A stretch of 52,265 nt of DNA from Polaromonas sp. (lineage in GTDB: Bacteria; Pseudomonadota; Gammaproteobacteria; Burkholderiales; Burkholderiaceae_C): NCBI GenBank assembly GCA_031423655.1, contig JANPFZ010000274.1, forward strand, positions 1 to 52,265, read 5' to 3'. Numbering within the stretch: the stretch's first letter is position 1; each line of letters opens with the position of its first letter. The notes under the pieces were generated by a model. It was not told the DNA's origin. It did not search any database and saw nothing but the letters and a program-made list of their open reading frames with translations. Positions 1-9,306 of the stretch are shown here, in pieces. A program made the translations under genes and the position numbers.

Positions 1-1487
1 CGCCTGAAGTGCCCGGCCTCCACCTCTTTAAGCAAGTCACGGTTGGTCATTGCAAGCAGGCGCACATCAACGCGTCGCGGTTTGGCTTCCCCCAGTCGGC
101 AGACGACGCCCTCCTCAAGCGCGCGCAGCAGCACGGGCTGAAGCTCCAGAGGTAGATCACCGATCTCGTCCAGGCACAGTGTGCCGCCGTGAGCCAGCTC
201 AAAACGACCGGCGCGACCTTCGTTCGTGGCGCCGGTGTAAGCCCCCCGCACATGACCAAACAGTTCGCTGCCGATCAATTCCTTGGTAGTCGCGCCACAG
301 TTGAACGTGATGAAAGGGCCACTGCGTGCCTCATCGCCATGGATGGCCCTCGCAAATAACTCCTTGCCAACGCCGGTTTCGCCGTGGATGAGTACGGATA
401 CGCGTCGGCTGCTGAGCTGTTGCGCCCTGTTGATGGCTGTCCGCAACGCAGGGCTGTTGCCCGCCAGGTTGCCAAAGCCGTTGCGGAAGGGGTCAATTTC
501 TGAGCTGCTCTCAGCCCGTGCGGCGGGTCCGGGACAGAGGTGACTGGCAGCAGCTGATCCGCGCAAAGTGTTCGGCACTACGAGCAGTGCGCCTATGCCC
601 CGGCCATCAACGCTGACAGGATGTAGCCAGTCGGGGCGCAATCCATCTGGTAAACGGCGGCCCCATTCTTCTGCGGCACGTCCGGGGTCCAAGCCGGGCA
701 TGGAACTGCCCAAACGCAGATCGAAGCCTGGCAAGCCGCCGCTGAGGTGGATGATCTTTGCGTTCCGGTCAAGCACGATCATGGCGACCATGTTGCCCCG
801 CGCACCGAACTTCAGGCACGCCTCAAGAAGGTAGATATGCTCACGGCTGGCGCGCTCGGCCAGCACAGCTTCAATCTGGCGCGCTGCGGCTACGGCCAAC
901 ACTAGGTTGCTGCCTTGGTAAGTGGAGGGCGGCCCGGAGATGTCGACCACGCCGAGGATTTGCTCCGTACCCGGAAAGAACACCGGCGCAGCAGCGCAGG
1001 TCCAGCGTTTGATGCCCTCGCAAAAGTGCTCTGCCGCGTGTACTTGAACCGGCCGTCGCATCGCCAGCGCTGTGCCGATTCCGTTGGTTCCGACGACGCT
1101 CTCGTGCCAGTTACCCCCTTCCACGAGGTGAATGGCCTGCCCTGACTCGCGTGTGCCCATGTCTCCGGCAACTTCCAGTACCACACCATGCTGGTCGGTC
1201 AGCATCATGATTGAGCCAGAGCGCTCAAGCAGATGTGCTGAATTGACGAACAGGCCTTTCGCGGCCCACATCAGGTCGTAGCTGCGGTTTCGAAGCTGCT
1301 CTAGGCCATCGTCGCCGCGCACCGCCAACGGGGCCAGTCGCGCCCCCGGCTCGACACCGGCGCGTGCGCTGCGCTGCCATGACGACAAAACCAGTTTTGA
1401 CACGGGCGGCATGACCGCAAGTGATTCGCCCGCAACAAAGCTTTCCCATGCCACCATGGTTTGGCGCTCAGCCAATGGCTCCAACAT
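1..1487 (-). CDS. sigma54-dependent activator, GAF + AAA+ (AcoR/PrmR/MimR-like); 3' end runs off the window
   Basis: Manual minus-strand translation from ATG 1487 (MLEPLAERQ...SSWQRS...GTNGIGTAL...EHFCEGIK..WTCAAP = GAF domain), Walker A HGETGVGKELFARAIH, FNCGA, ELFGHVRGAYTGA, LDEIGD. Absent from the ORF track because it is truncated. Confidence 0.9.
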   Translation of the reverse strand, partial: MLEPLAERQTMVAWESFVAGESLAVMPPVSKLVLSSWQRSARAGVEPGARLAPLAVRGDDGLEQLRNRSYDLMWAAKGLFVNSAHLLERSGSIMMLTDQHGVVLEVAGDMGTRESGQAIHLVEGGNWHESVVGTNGIGTALAMRRPVQVHAAEHFCEGIKRWTCAAAPVFFPGTEQILGVVDISGPPSTYQGSNLVLAVAAARQIEAVLAERASREHIYLLEACLKFGARGNMVAMIVLDRNAKIIHLSGGLPGFDLRLGSSMPGLDPGRAAEEWGRRLPDGLRPDWLHPVSVDGRGIGALLVVPNTLRGSAAASHLCPGPAARAESSSEIDPFRNGFGNLAGNSPALRTAINRAQQLSSRRVSVLIHGETGVGKELFARAIHGDEARSGPFITFNCGATTKELIGSELFGHVRGAYTGATNEGRAGRFELAHGGTLCLDEIGDLPLELQPVLLRALEEGVVCRLGEAKPRRVDVRLLAMTNRDLLKEVEAGHFR

Positions 1488-1603
1488 AGGCACAGTTCGG
1501 TTGATGCCTGAACCGGCGGCTAGGGGCTGACCTTGCGTGTTTTCAGGATAGATAAGTGTCTCCCTCAATGTCGTGTCTCGCAACTGGCACGGTAACCGCA
1601 CAC

Positions 1604-3070
1604 TTAAAGCAGGGAGCGTATTCCGTCTGGCGCAACCCGCAAATTGTCGCCGGCGACTGTGTATAGCATGCTTTCGGCCTTCTGGGGTGACGGTGTGTGT
1701 GAAGGTGTAGGCTGAAGCGGCGCGAACGTGATCCACACCAGCAAGACTCCACAAAACAAGCCAACCAGGGCAAATACCCAGCGCATAGCACCTGCGCCTG
1801 CCAGTGCGCCCTCTGGTCCCAGAGTCCGAAAAACCAGCCACGCATTGAGTGAAATGATCAGCAGCGCAGCGCCGTAGGCCACGCCGCGCAGCCATTTCGG
1901 GCTGGAAAACGAGCCCATGATGCTGGCGGCGTTGGTAAAACGAATGAGCGGCAAAATGGCAAAAGGCAGCTGCAGGCTTAGCACAACCTGACTCAACACC
2001 AGTAGCTGCAGGACGCCGTCTTCACCAGCATGCACAAGCACCGCAACGGCCGGCACGATGGCAAGCGCTCGCGTCAGTAGTCGACGCTTGATTGGGCTCA
2101 TGCGAAGGCGGATGAAACCTTCCATCACAACTTGTCCCGCAAGCGTGCCTGTAATGGCTGAACTTTGCCCGGCTGCCAGCAACGCAACCGCAAAAAGCGT
2201 TGACGCAAGCGTGGTGCCCAGTGCTGGCGTGAGCAACTCGTGTGCCTGGCGCAGCTCGCTGACCACAATGCCGCTTTCAAAAAATGTGGAGGCCGAAAGC
2301 GCCAGGATGGATGCATTGATAAAAAACGCAATCGTCAGCGCCAGCACAGTATCGGCCAGGTTGTAGCGAATGGCCTCTCGCTGTGCCGCCGGATGCCGCT
2401 CAATACGTCGTGTTTGCACCAACGACGAGTGCAGATACAGGTTATGCGGCATGACGGTTGCGCCCAGAATACCAATGGCTACCATCAAGCTCGTGGCGTC
2501 CAGTCGCGGCACGAATCCCGCAGCAACTGCCCCCCACAGTGGTCTCGCCAGGAACATTTCGGTTGCCATGCACGCGCCAATAGTGACCACCAAAGCCGCA
2601 ACCAGAGCCTCAAGTTTGCGCACGCCGTAATGCTGCAACGCGATGATGAGCATGACGTCGACGCCTGTAATCAAGGCACCCCATGCCAGCGGAATTCCAA
2701 ACAGTAAATTGAGTGCGATTGCGCTTCCCAGCAGCTCTGCCAGATCACAGGCAATGATGGCGATCTCGCAAAGTATCCATAGTGCCAGCACCACTGGCCG
2801 GTGATAGTGGGCTCGGCAGGCCTGCGCCAGATCCATTCGGCCGACGATGCCAAGGCGCGCCGCCAGCGTCTGCAGCAGCATGGCAATCAGGCTGGACGCC
2901 AGCAGCACCCACATCAGCTGGTAGCCGAAGCGCGCGCCGCCTTCAAGGCCGGTGGCCCAGTTTCCAGGGTCCATGTAGCCGACGCTGACCATCGCCGCCG
3001 GACCGCAAAAGCGCAGCACTCGCCAGCGTCCAGGCACGCTCATGTCAACGCTTTGCTCCAGGTTAGTCAT
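1604..3070 (-). CDS. mntH: NRAMP-family divalent metal (Mn/Fe) transporter
   Basis: Signature motifs GYMDPGNW and MPHNLYLHS; many hydrophobic segments. Confidence 0.92.
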   Translation of the reverse strand: MTNLEQSVDMSVPGRWRVLRFCGPAAMVSVGYMDPGNWATGLEGGARFGYQLMWVLLASSLIAMLLQTLAARLGIVGRMDLAQACRAHYHRPVVLALWILCEIAIIACDLAELLGSAIALNLLFGIPLAWGALITGVDVMLIIALQHYGVRKLEALVAALVVTIGACMATEMFLARPLWGAVAAGFVPRLDATSLMVAIGILGATVMPHNLYLHSSLVQTRRIERHPAAQREAIRYNLADTVLALTIAFFINASILALSASTFFESGIVVSELRQAHELLTPALGTTLASTLFAVALLAAGQSSAITGTLAGQVVMEGFIRLRMSPIKRRLLTRALAIVPAVAVLVHAGEDGVLQLLVLSQVVLSLQLPFAILPLIRFTNAASIMGSFSSPKWLRGVAYGAALLIISLNAWLVFRTLGPEGALAGAGAMRWVFALVGLFCGVLLVWITFAPLQPTPSHTPSPQKAESMLYTVAGDNLRVAPDGIRSLL

Positions 3071-3196
3071 TTGGCGTCGTGCTCAGGGCCACGCTTTAGC
3101 GCAGCCCCTGTCCCAGCGCGTCGCCGATTGAAACCACCAATCCCGCGCCCGATATGAGAAACCCCACCGAAGGCCGGAAGTGCCGTGAGGCGAGCC

Positions 3197-4834
3197 TCAT
3201 GCCCGTCCCAATCGTTCAGCTCCGCCGCCGGTTGCTGGACCTGCCGTCGGGTCCAACAGGTCAGGTTTTTTGGCAATCAGCGTTTGCGTGGTCAGAATCA
3301 GTCCGGCTACGGAAGCTGCGTTGCGCACCGCGCTGTAGCTTACCTTGACCGGATCGATGATGCCAGCGTCGACGAGGTCGACGAAGCGACCACTGCGCGC
3401 ATCGAGCCCGACACCGGTCTTGGCTTCGAGCGTCTTGCGCACCGCAGCCTTGGGGTCCATCCCGCAATTGGCGGCGATGTGGTGCAACGGCTGATGCAGG
3501 GCCCGTTGCAGCAGTTTGACGCCCTGCTGCACATGGCCTTCGGTACTCGATGCCAGGTTGTCGAGCTCGCTCGCAACCCGCAACAACGCCAGCCCGCCGC
3601 CAGGCACCACGCCCTCAGCGATGGCCGCGCGCGCCGCATTGATGGCGTCTTCGATCAGATGCACTCTGCGCTTTTGTTCCACTGGTGTGGCGCCGCCGGC
3701 CAGCAATACCGCCGTGCCGCCGGAGAGCTTTGACAAACGCTCCTTGATCTTGTCGCGCTCAATGTTCTCCGGCGCGATTTCGTACTGGCGAGCTACCTGC
3801 TGCCGACGTGCCTCGATCATGGCTGAATCCCCACCACCCGCTGTCACCACGGTCTGGTTCGATGAAATGCGAATCTGCCGGGCGCTACCGAGATCGCGCA
3901 ACTGCACGCCTGCGATGGTGCCGCCCAGATCGCGTGCAATCACGCGGCCACCCGTGAGGATGGCGAGGTCTTCGAGCGCGGCCTTGCGCCAATGGCCGTA
4001 CTCGGGCGGGTGGATGGCCGCCACGGTCGAGCCCCCCTTGTCGCGCCACGAGAGCAGCCCGATCACGCAAGCCGGTGCCACCTCTTCAGCGATGACGAGC
4101 AAGGGTCGCTTGGAATCGGCCACCAGCGCGATGACGGCGCCCAGCTCATCCTGGGTCAGCAGGCGCTGGTCGGTCATCAGGATGTAGGGGTTGTCGAGCA
4201 CGACTTGCATCTTCTCGACGTCAGTGATCATGTGGTGCGACAGATAGCCCCGGTCAAAAGCCATGCCATCGACGATATCGAGCAGCGTCTCAACGGTGCT
4301 GCCATAGTCCACATCGACAATACCGTCGGCGCCGACGCGTTCGAGCGCCTCGGCAACCAGCAGCCCGGTCGGATCGTCGTTGGCTGCCACCATGGCGACC
4401 GCGCGCAACTCATCGCCGCCACTCAAGGGTCGGGCGCTGCGCTTTAGCGCGGCAATGACTTCGGCTACCGCCAGCTCCAGCCCCTCAACCAGTTCGACCG
4501 GGTTGGCGCCGCTGGCCAGGCAGGCCAGTCCGTCCTGCACCAAGGCGTCAGCCAGCACAGTCGCTGTCGTGGTGCCATCGCCAGCGACCTCATTGGTTTG
4601 CTTGGAGACCTCACGCAGCACCTGCGCGCCCATGTTTTCAAACGGGTCTTCAAGCTCGATTTCGGCAGCAATGCTTGCGCCATCGCGCGAGATGATGGGC
4701 GTGCCGATCGGGCGGTCGATGATGGCGTTCATTCCTCGCGGGCCGAGTGTGCCGCGCACCGCGCGCGCCATCTTGGCAACCCCGCGTCCGAGTGCCTGGC
4801 GGGCTTCGTCGTCGTGCAACATGATATTGGGCAT
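3197..4834 (-). CDS. GroEL-like chaperonin associated with SDIMO clusters (PrmG/MimG-like)
   Basis: TLGPRG, AGDGTTTATVLA, GVVPGGG and GIIDP motifs. Start moved to ATG 4834 (MPNIMLHDDEAR) behind a GAGGA SD. No GGM tail. Confidence 0.9.
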   Translation of the reverse strand: MPNIMLHDDEARQALGRGVAKMARAVRGTLGPRGMNAIIDRPIGTPIISRDGASIAAEIELEDPFENMGAQVLREVSKQTNEVAGDGTTTATVLADALVQDGLACLASGANPVELVEGLELAVAEVIAALKRSARPLSGGDELRAVAMVAANDDPTGLLVAEALERVGADGIVDVDYGSTVETLLDIVDGMAFDRGYLSHHMITDVEKMQVVLDNPYILMTDQRLLTQDELGAVIALVADSKRPLLVIAEEVAPACVIGLLSWRDKGGSTVAAIHPPEYGHWRKAALEDLAILTGGRVIARDLGGTIAGVQLRDLGSARQIRISSNQTVVTAGGGDSAMIEARRQQVARQYEIAPENIERDKIKERLSKLSGGTAVLLAGGATPVEQKRRVHLIEDAINAARAAIAEGVVPGGGLALLRVASELDNLASSTEGHVQQGVKLLQRALHQPLHHIAANCGMDPKAAVRKTLEAKTGVGLDARSGRFVDLVDAGIIDPVKVSYSAVRNAASVAGLILTTQTLIAKKPDLLDPTAGPATGGGAERLGRA

Positions 4835-4874
4835 AGTGTTCGCGTCCTCGTGTGTAGTCAGTGCAATGGGTGGC

Positions 4875-5927
4875 TCAGAAGCTGTGGTTGATACCCGCCT
4901 GCAACGCGCGCACGCCGCTGCCTGCCTTGGCGGGGATCTGCGTGTAGCCCATTCCCCACGCGGCACCGCTGTCGTTGCTGATGCGGGAGAACGAGCTGTA
5001 CAGGTTGGTCCGCTTCGACAAGGCGTACTCGGCGCCAACACTGGCCATGGTTGCGTTCAGGCCCGACTGGCTGCGTTCCTGGCGCCGTGCGACCTGCGCC
5101 ACCACAGTGGTGTTGCCGAATCCGACGCGCGTGCCGATGTTGTAGACCCGTGCGTTAGTCGAATTTTGAGGGAAGCCGACCGTGTTCTTGAGCAGCTGCA
5201 CGCCGGCGTAAATCTTGGCCATGCCCAAGGCATAGGTGCCGCCTATGACCGTGTACTTCTGGTCGGGCGTGGTCCCCAAGCCGGCGATTCGATCAACCGA
5301 GGCCGTCAGCATCAGCGGGCCGTCGGCGTACATGACGCTGCCGGCCACGTAGCGTCCGTAGAGCAACGACGTTTTTTCGTTCGGCGCAAACATCAGGCGC
5401 GCCGACACCGCACCTAGCTTCGGGGTCTCGTAGACGATGGAGTCGTTTTGCCTGAAGTTCAGGTAGCCACTGACGTTCCACAGGTTGCCTGACTGCCCGA
5501 GCAGGAATGGGTCGAGCACGTAGGTGGTTAGGAACTGTGGGGTGTTCTGCCGGCCCAGGTTCAAGTTGCCCCAGGGTCCACCGAGGCCCACGTAGGCTTG
5601 CCGGCCCCAGGTCAGGCCGCCCTGGTCGAGGGCGCCGGTGTCGGCGAGAATGCCCATCTCCAGTGTGAAATGCGCGTCGAGGCCGCCGCCCAGATCCTCG
5701 CGGCCCCTGAAGCCCAGGCGAGAGCCGTCTCGGCCGCCGCTTTCGATTCGCGTGACCGTGCCATTGCCAGCGCTGGCAGTCTCGACGAAAAGATCGACGA
5801 TGCCGTAAATCGTAACGCTGCTCTGCGCCAGCGCGACCGGCGCAGCAAACAAGGCTAGAAGGGGAAGCGCCTTGGACAAGGTGCGTGGCTTCCGGCTTTC
5901 ATGCGCGGCGTGCACGGATGTTTTCAT
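4875..5927 (-). CDS. Gram-negative general porin (betaproteobacterial type)
   Basis: Signal peptide then AQSSVTIYG, SRLGFRGREDLGGGL, YALSKRTNLY and C-terminal GINHSF. Confidence 0.92.
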   Translation of the reverse strand: MKTSVHAAHESRKPRTLSKALPLLALFAAPVALAQSSVTIYGIVDLFVETASAGNGTVTRIESGGRDGSRLGFRGREDLGGGLDAHFTLEMGILADTGALDQGGLTWGRQAYVGLGGPWGNLNLGRQNTPQFLTTYVLDPFLLGQSGNLWNVSGYLNFRQNDSIVYETPKLGAVSARLMFAPNEKTSLLYGRYVAGSVMYADGPLMLTASVDRIAGLGTTPDQKYTVIGGTYALGMAKIYAGVQLLKNTVGFPQNSTNARVYNIGTRVGFGNTTVVAQVARRQERSQSGLNATMASVGAEYALSKRTNLYSSFSRISNDSGAAWGMGYTQIPAKAGSGVRALQAGINHSF

Positions 5928-5962
5928 TTTTGTCTCCAGTTTTTGTTTTTGTAATGCGCTTT

Positions 5963-6721
5963 TCAGGGCGCGGATACAGCGCGAGGCTGCCTAACGATGT
6001 GGATCGGATGTGAGGTCACCGCGTCCTTGTCGCGCACGGCCAGCAGGCCGCGGCACAGTGTGCCGTTGAACTCAGCATTGACGCCGACGCGGCGCAGGTC
6101 TCGAAGGTAAGAAGGCAGGGTCGCAGCCGCGATGGGTTGACTCTCAATATCAACAAAGGCCCACCCTGCGCACCCGACCAAAGAACGGCGCTCCAGATAA
6201 CGCTCGACCAATTTATCGCCGTCAGCGTCGAGCGCCAAAGCCTGCAATGCCCCGACATCCAGCGAAACCAGCGTTTCGGGGGAGTGCTTGATGTCGATCA
6301 GGTGTGCCAGCAGCGCCTCCTGGCGGCGCTGAAAGGCCTTCAGCTCAAACGTCCGGCGTAACGCCTCCAGTCCGCCTTCTGCGGCGACGCCAAAAGCCGC
6401 CTGAAAGCCGGTCCCATTGGTGACGCCCTGGTTGATAGCCTCGGCATACATGTGGTCGTGCAGCTGAACCTCCACCCTCCTGACCCACGGCAGCGCCTGT
6501 ACTGCGCGGCGCATGTCGTCGGCCATCAGGAAGGCGAAGTTGGCCGCACACCAATAAGTTGGCAGACGAAAGCCGATTCGCACATCGCCTTCGCCCTGCA
6601 GCTCGACCTCGGTGATGAAGCCGAGCTCAGTGACCGACTCGTCAAGCTCTGGATCCATCACGGTCGCCAGGCAAGCTTGCACTTGCATGGCGCGGTCCGG
6701 TCTGGCGTGAACGGCGGCCAT
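5963..6721 (-). CDS. DUF59 / metal-sulfur cluster biosynthesis-like protein
   Basis: DPELDESVTELGFI...LPTYWCAANF motif. Start moved to ATG 6721 just after the amidohydrolase stop. Typical companion of prm clusters. Confidence 0.8.
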   Translation of the reverse strand: MAAVHARPDRAMQVQACLATVMDPELDESVTELGFITEVELQGEGDVRIGFRLPTYWCAANFAFLMADDMRRAVQALPWVRRVEVQLHDHMYAEAINQGVTNGTGFQAAFGVAAEGGLEALRRTFELKAFQRRQEALLAHLIDIKHSPETLVSLDVGALQALALDADGDKLVERYLERRSLVGCAGWAFVDIESQPIAAATLPSYLRDLRRVGVNAEFNGTLCRGLLAVRDKDAVTSHPIHIVRQPRAVSAP

Positions 6722-6725
6722 CTGG

Positions 6726-7802
6726 TCAGGCCGCCTCAGTGACTTGCTGCAGGGTGATCGCGCCTTCTGTCGTGTTTGCTTTTTGCTTTGCTGCGGCAGC
6801 GCGCTCGGGGGCCAGCAGCTTTTTCTGCGCCTCAATGTCGATTCCGTACAGGCGTGCCGCGTTCAGGCCGAGAATTTTGGTCTTGGCTTCGAGGTCAAGC
6901 ACCGTGCCGGTCTCCTTGGCGATATCCTCCGGCAACTCAAACTCCATGAACGCCTTGACCAGCCAGTCGGGTGTCCAGATGCCGTAGTCACTGCCGTAGA
7001 GCAGCTTGTCCGGCCCCAGCCACATCAACAGTTGCGAAATCACATGCGCGAAATATTTCGGCTGCTTCTGGATGAAGGGCAAGGCCACAGCCAGGCCGCC
7101 GTAGACGTTGGTCTCTTGCGTGGCGATCCAGCAAAAGTCGTCTAGCCTGGGCAGGCCGCAGTGTTCGACGATGAAGTTCAGACCCTGGAAGTTGGTCGCA
7201 GCCACGTCGATGTCGGCCACGTCGAAGGCGTCGCGATCCAGCGGCAAGATGGTGGGGCCCTTGTGTACGTGGATGTTTTTGATACCTAGCTGCTCTGCAC
7301 GCTCCAGGTATTTCTCGGCCCAGGGATCGGATAACTTGTAGCCGCGGCTATCGCCCTTCCATTCTGCGGTGTAGAGCTTCACGCCTTTCAGCTTGTGAGT
7401 AGCTGCCAGCTCCTCAAGTGCATCGAGACCGGCCTCCTTGTCGCGCGGGTCGAAGGCACCGTTGAGGACGAACCGGTTCGGATGCTTGGCCTTGAGCAGC
7501 GAGTTCTGTTCGGTGGTGTTGAAACCATCAATATAAAAGTCCTTCAGGTAGGTCGGCTGAAAGATCGCCATGTCGTCGGGACCATCAACAAACAGGTCTT
7601 GATAAAGCTGCTCGCCGCCGTACTGGTCGAATTTCTCGCGTGTCCATTGTTTTTCCTTGGGGCTCAAAAACGAGTGGTAGGCGTAGAAGCAGTTGATGAA
7701 CTGCTCGCCGTGTACGTTTTTCTGGTTCGCCTTGGTGGCGTTCCAGTTGTGGACATGGCCGTCGATGATGAATATTTCTTCGCCGCTTGCGGTTTTGTAC
7801 AT
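6726..7802 (-). CDS. amidohydrolase-family metal-dependent hydrolase
   Basis: IIDGHVH, HVHKGP, VEHCG and LYGSDY motifs; same position as in known prm clusters. Confidence 0.88.
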   Translation of the reverse strand: MYKTASGEEIFIIDGHVHNWNATKANQKNVHGEQFINCFYAYHSFLSPKEKQWTREKFDQYGGEQLYQDLFVDGPDDMAIFQPTYLKDFYIDGFNTTEQNSLLKAKHPNRFVLNGAFDPRDKEAGLDALEELAATHKLKGVKLYTAEWKGDSRGYKLSDPWAEKYLERAEQLGIKNIHVHKGPTILPLDRDAFDVADIDVAATNFQGLNFIVEHCGLPRLDDFCWIATQETNVYGGLAVALPFIQKQPKYFAHVISQLLMWLGPDKLLYGSDYGIWTPDWLVKAFMEFELPEDIAKETGTVLDLEAKTKILGLNAARLYGIDIEAQKKLLAPERAAAAKQKANTTEGAITLQQVTEAA

Positions 7803-7813
7803 GATGCGACTCC

Positions 7814-8176
7814 TTACGCGTAGGCCACGTAGGACATGGCTTCGTTCATGTCGCCAAACAGCATCATGGTGTTTTCATCGATCATCACCATTCGCCCGTA
7901 GTGGGTGGAGGTGGAAATTTCGAACAGATGGGTCGTCATCTCGCGACCAAGCTCCGCAGCGATTTCGTCCATCTTGAATTCGATCTTGCCTTCGCCGTCG
8001 ATGCGGATCATCGCCGGCATGTAGGTAACGGTGATGCCGGGCTTGGTGGACATCAGCTCAGCAATGGCGCGCGCCTCGACGCTGTCGTTGAGCGTCACGC
8101 CGCATTGGTGCGACACGGTGTCCTTGAATTCCAGGTTTTTGAAGGACTTGAAAATGTTATCTGTATGGTCTGACAT
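7814..8176 (-). CDS. prmD: SDIMO coupling/effector protein (MmoB/DmpM family)
   Basis: 120 aa; CGVTLNDS, MPAMIRIDG, EISTSTHYGRMV; fourth gene of the cluster. Confidence 0.88.
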   Translation of the reverse strand: MSDHTDNIFKSFKNLEFKDTVSHQCGVTLNDSVEARAIAELMSTKPGITVTYMPAMIRIDGEGKIEFKMDEIAAELGREMTTHLFEISTSTHYGRMVMIDENTMMLFGDMNEAMSYVAYA

Positions 8177-8201
8177 GGTGGCTCCTTTTGATTAATGATT
8201 C

Positions 8202-9287
8202 TCAGACGCTGATGGACTTGGGCAGCTTGAGGCCAACCTGTGTAGCAATGTTTTGCATGCGGGCGACGGCGTTGGCATAAGCGTCGCTGAATTGAGCCAC
8301 CTTGTTGTGCGGCATTGACCAGATGGGTTGCAGGTTCTTGGCGGCCTTCACGGCCAGATCGCCGTATTTTTCAAGCCAGCCGTTGAAAAGGGCCGTGTTG
8401 TGTTTCGAGTGCGCCGTGTCGCTGACCAGCATGTGCAACAGCTCGATCGTATTGGCCAGGTTGCGCTGGTAATCACCTTCTGCTGAAGATACGACGGTGG
8501 GTGTCATAAAGTCGTTTTGCGATGCTGCCGCCTGCATGATGAAGCCGCTGCGAAAGAGCTCGCCAACCAGGGGCTCAAACACGATGTTGGTTGCAAAATA
8601 CTGCTCCATGTAGTCAGTCGCGCCGCCAATGCTTTCGATCAGCAGCCGGGTCGGCTGCCACATCGGGTCTTCCAGCCAATGCTTTTTCCCGATGTCTGCG
8701 TCAAAGCCATCGATGTCCAGGCCGATGTCGCTGAGATACAGCGTCAGATCCTGCGAGAAGCGAAGTTTGTACGACGAGTTGGTCAGTATGGTCGAGTTCA
8801 CCATCTGCGTGTAACCGTAGCGCTGAGCCTGCATCAATGCCGTTCCCAGGCCAAACTCGGCATGCTTGTAGGCGCCCAAATGCTTCTCCAGAACTTTGAC
8901 CCAGGCCTTGTCGAAGCGTGTCGGGGCACCCGAGCGGCGACCGTTTTCAACCGCCTGCGCGATCATTCCGCAAATGGTCGACTGGCGCTGATAGTGGGTG
9001 CGCTCCCACTCTTCATCGACTGCGCGGTAGGTGTGCCAGTCACTGGACTTGGCTGCCGTCCAACCCTCAAAGTAAGTTGGCGTGCCGTCAGCAAAGTTGA
9101 TGATCCAGTCTTGCATCAGGTAGCGCTTGGGGTCCGGTTGCACGTCGAGGGTCATGTCCTCGTAGTGCGTGGCCTTGCGCCCTTTTGGCGTGAAGTAGTT
9201 GTACTTGCGGCTGTCCGAGCCTGCAAATTTTGCAGCGCCGGCAGCGCCTGAGTTCACGGGTACGTAGTCAGTGGCGGCAATGGTCAT
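8202..9287 (-). CDS. prmC: SDIMO hydroxylase beta subunit
   Basis: ATHYEDMTLDVQPDP, SSDWH, WERTHY and NIVFEPLVGELFRSGF motifs. Confidence 0.9.
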   Translation of the reverse strand: MTIAATDYVPVNSGAAGAAKFAGSDSRKYNYFTPKGRKATHYEDMTLDVQPDPKRYLMQDWIINFADGTPTYFEGWTAAKSSDWHTYRAVDEEWERTHYQRQSTICGMIAQAVENGRRSGAPTRFDKAWVKVLEKHLGAYKHAEFGLGTALMQAQRYGYTQMVNSTILTNSSYKLRFSQDLTLYLSDIGLDIDGFDADIGKKHWLEDPMWQPTRLLIESIGGATDYMEQYFATNIVFEPLVGELFRSGFIMQAAASQNDFMTPTVVSSAEGDYQRNLANTIELLHMLVSDTAHSKHNTALFNGWLEKYGDLAVKAAKNLQPIWSMPHNKVAQFSDAYANAVARMQNIATQVGLKLPKSISV

Positions 9288-9306
9288 GGAATTTTCTCCT
9301 CAAGGT

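Noticed and set aside
47-1449. Short ORFs in the track over the first 1.5 kb
   Set aside because: All overlap the truncated minus-strand sigma54 activator, which has clear motifs.
3071-3196. Possible Mn-sensing yybP-ykoY riboswitch before NRAMP
   Set aside because: I could not find the conserved motifs by eye; an Rfam scan would settle it.
4835-5041. N-terminal extension of the GroEL ORF; likewise 6722-6835 (DUF59) and 16103-16198 (ADH)
   Set aside because: They overlap upstream genes or the promoter; better starts with SD sequences exist downstream.
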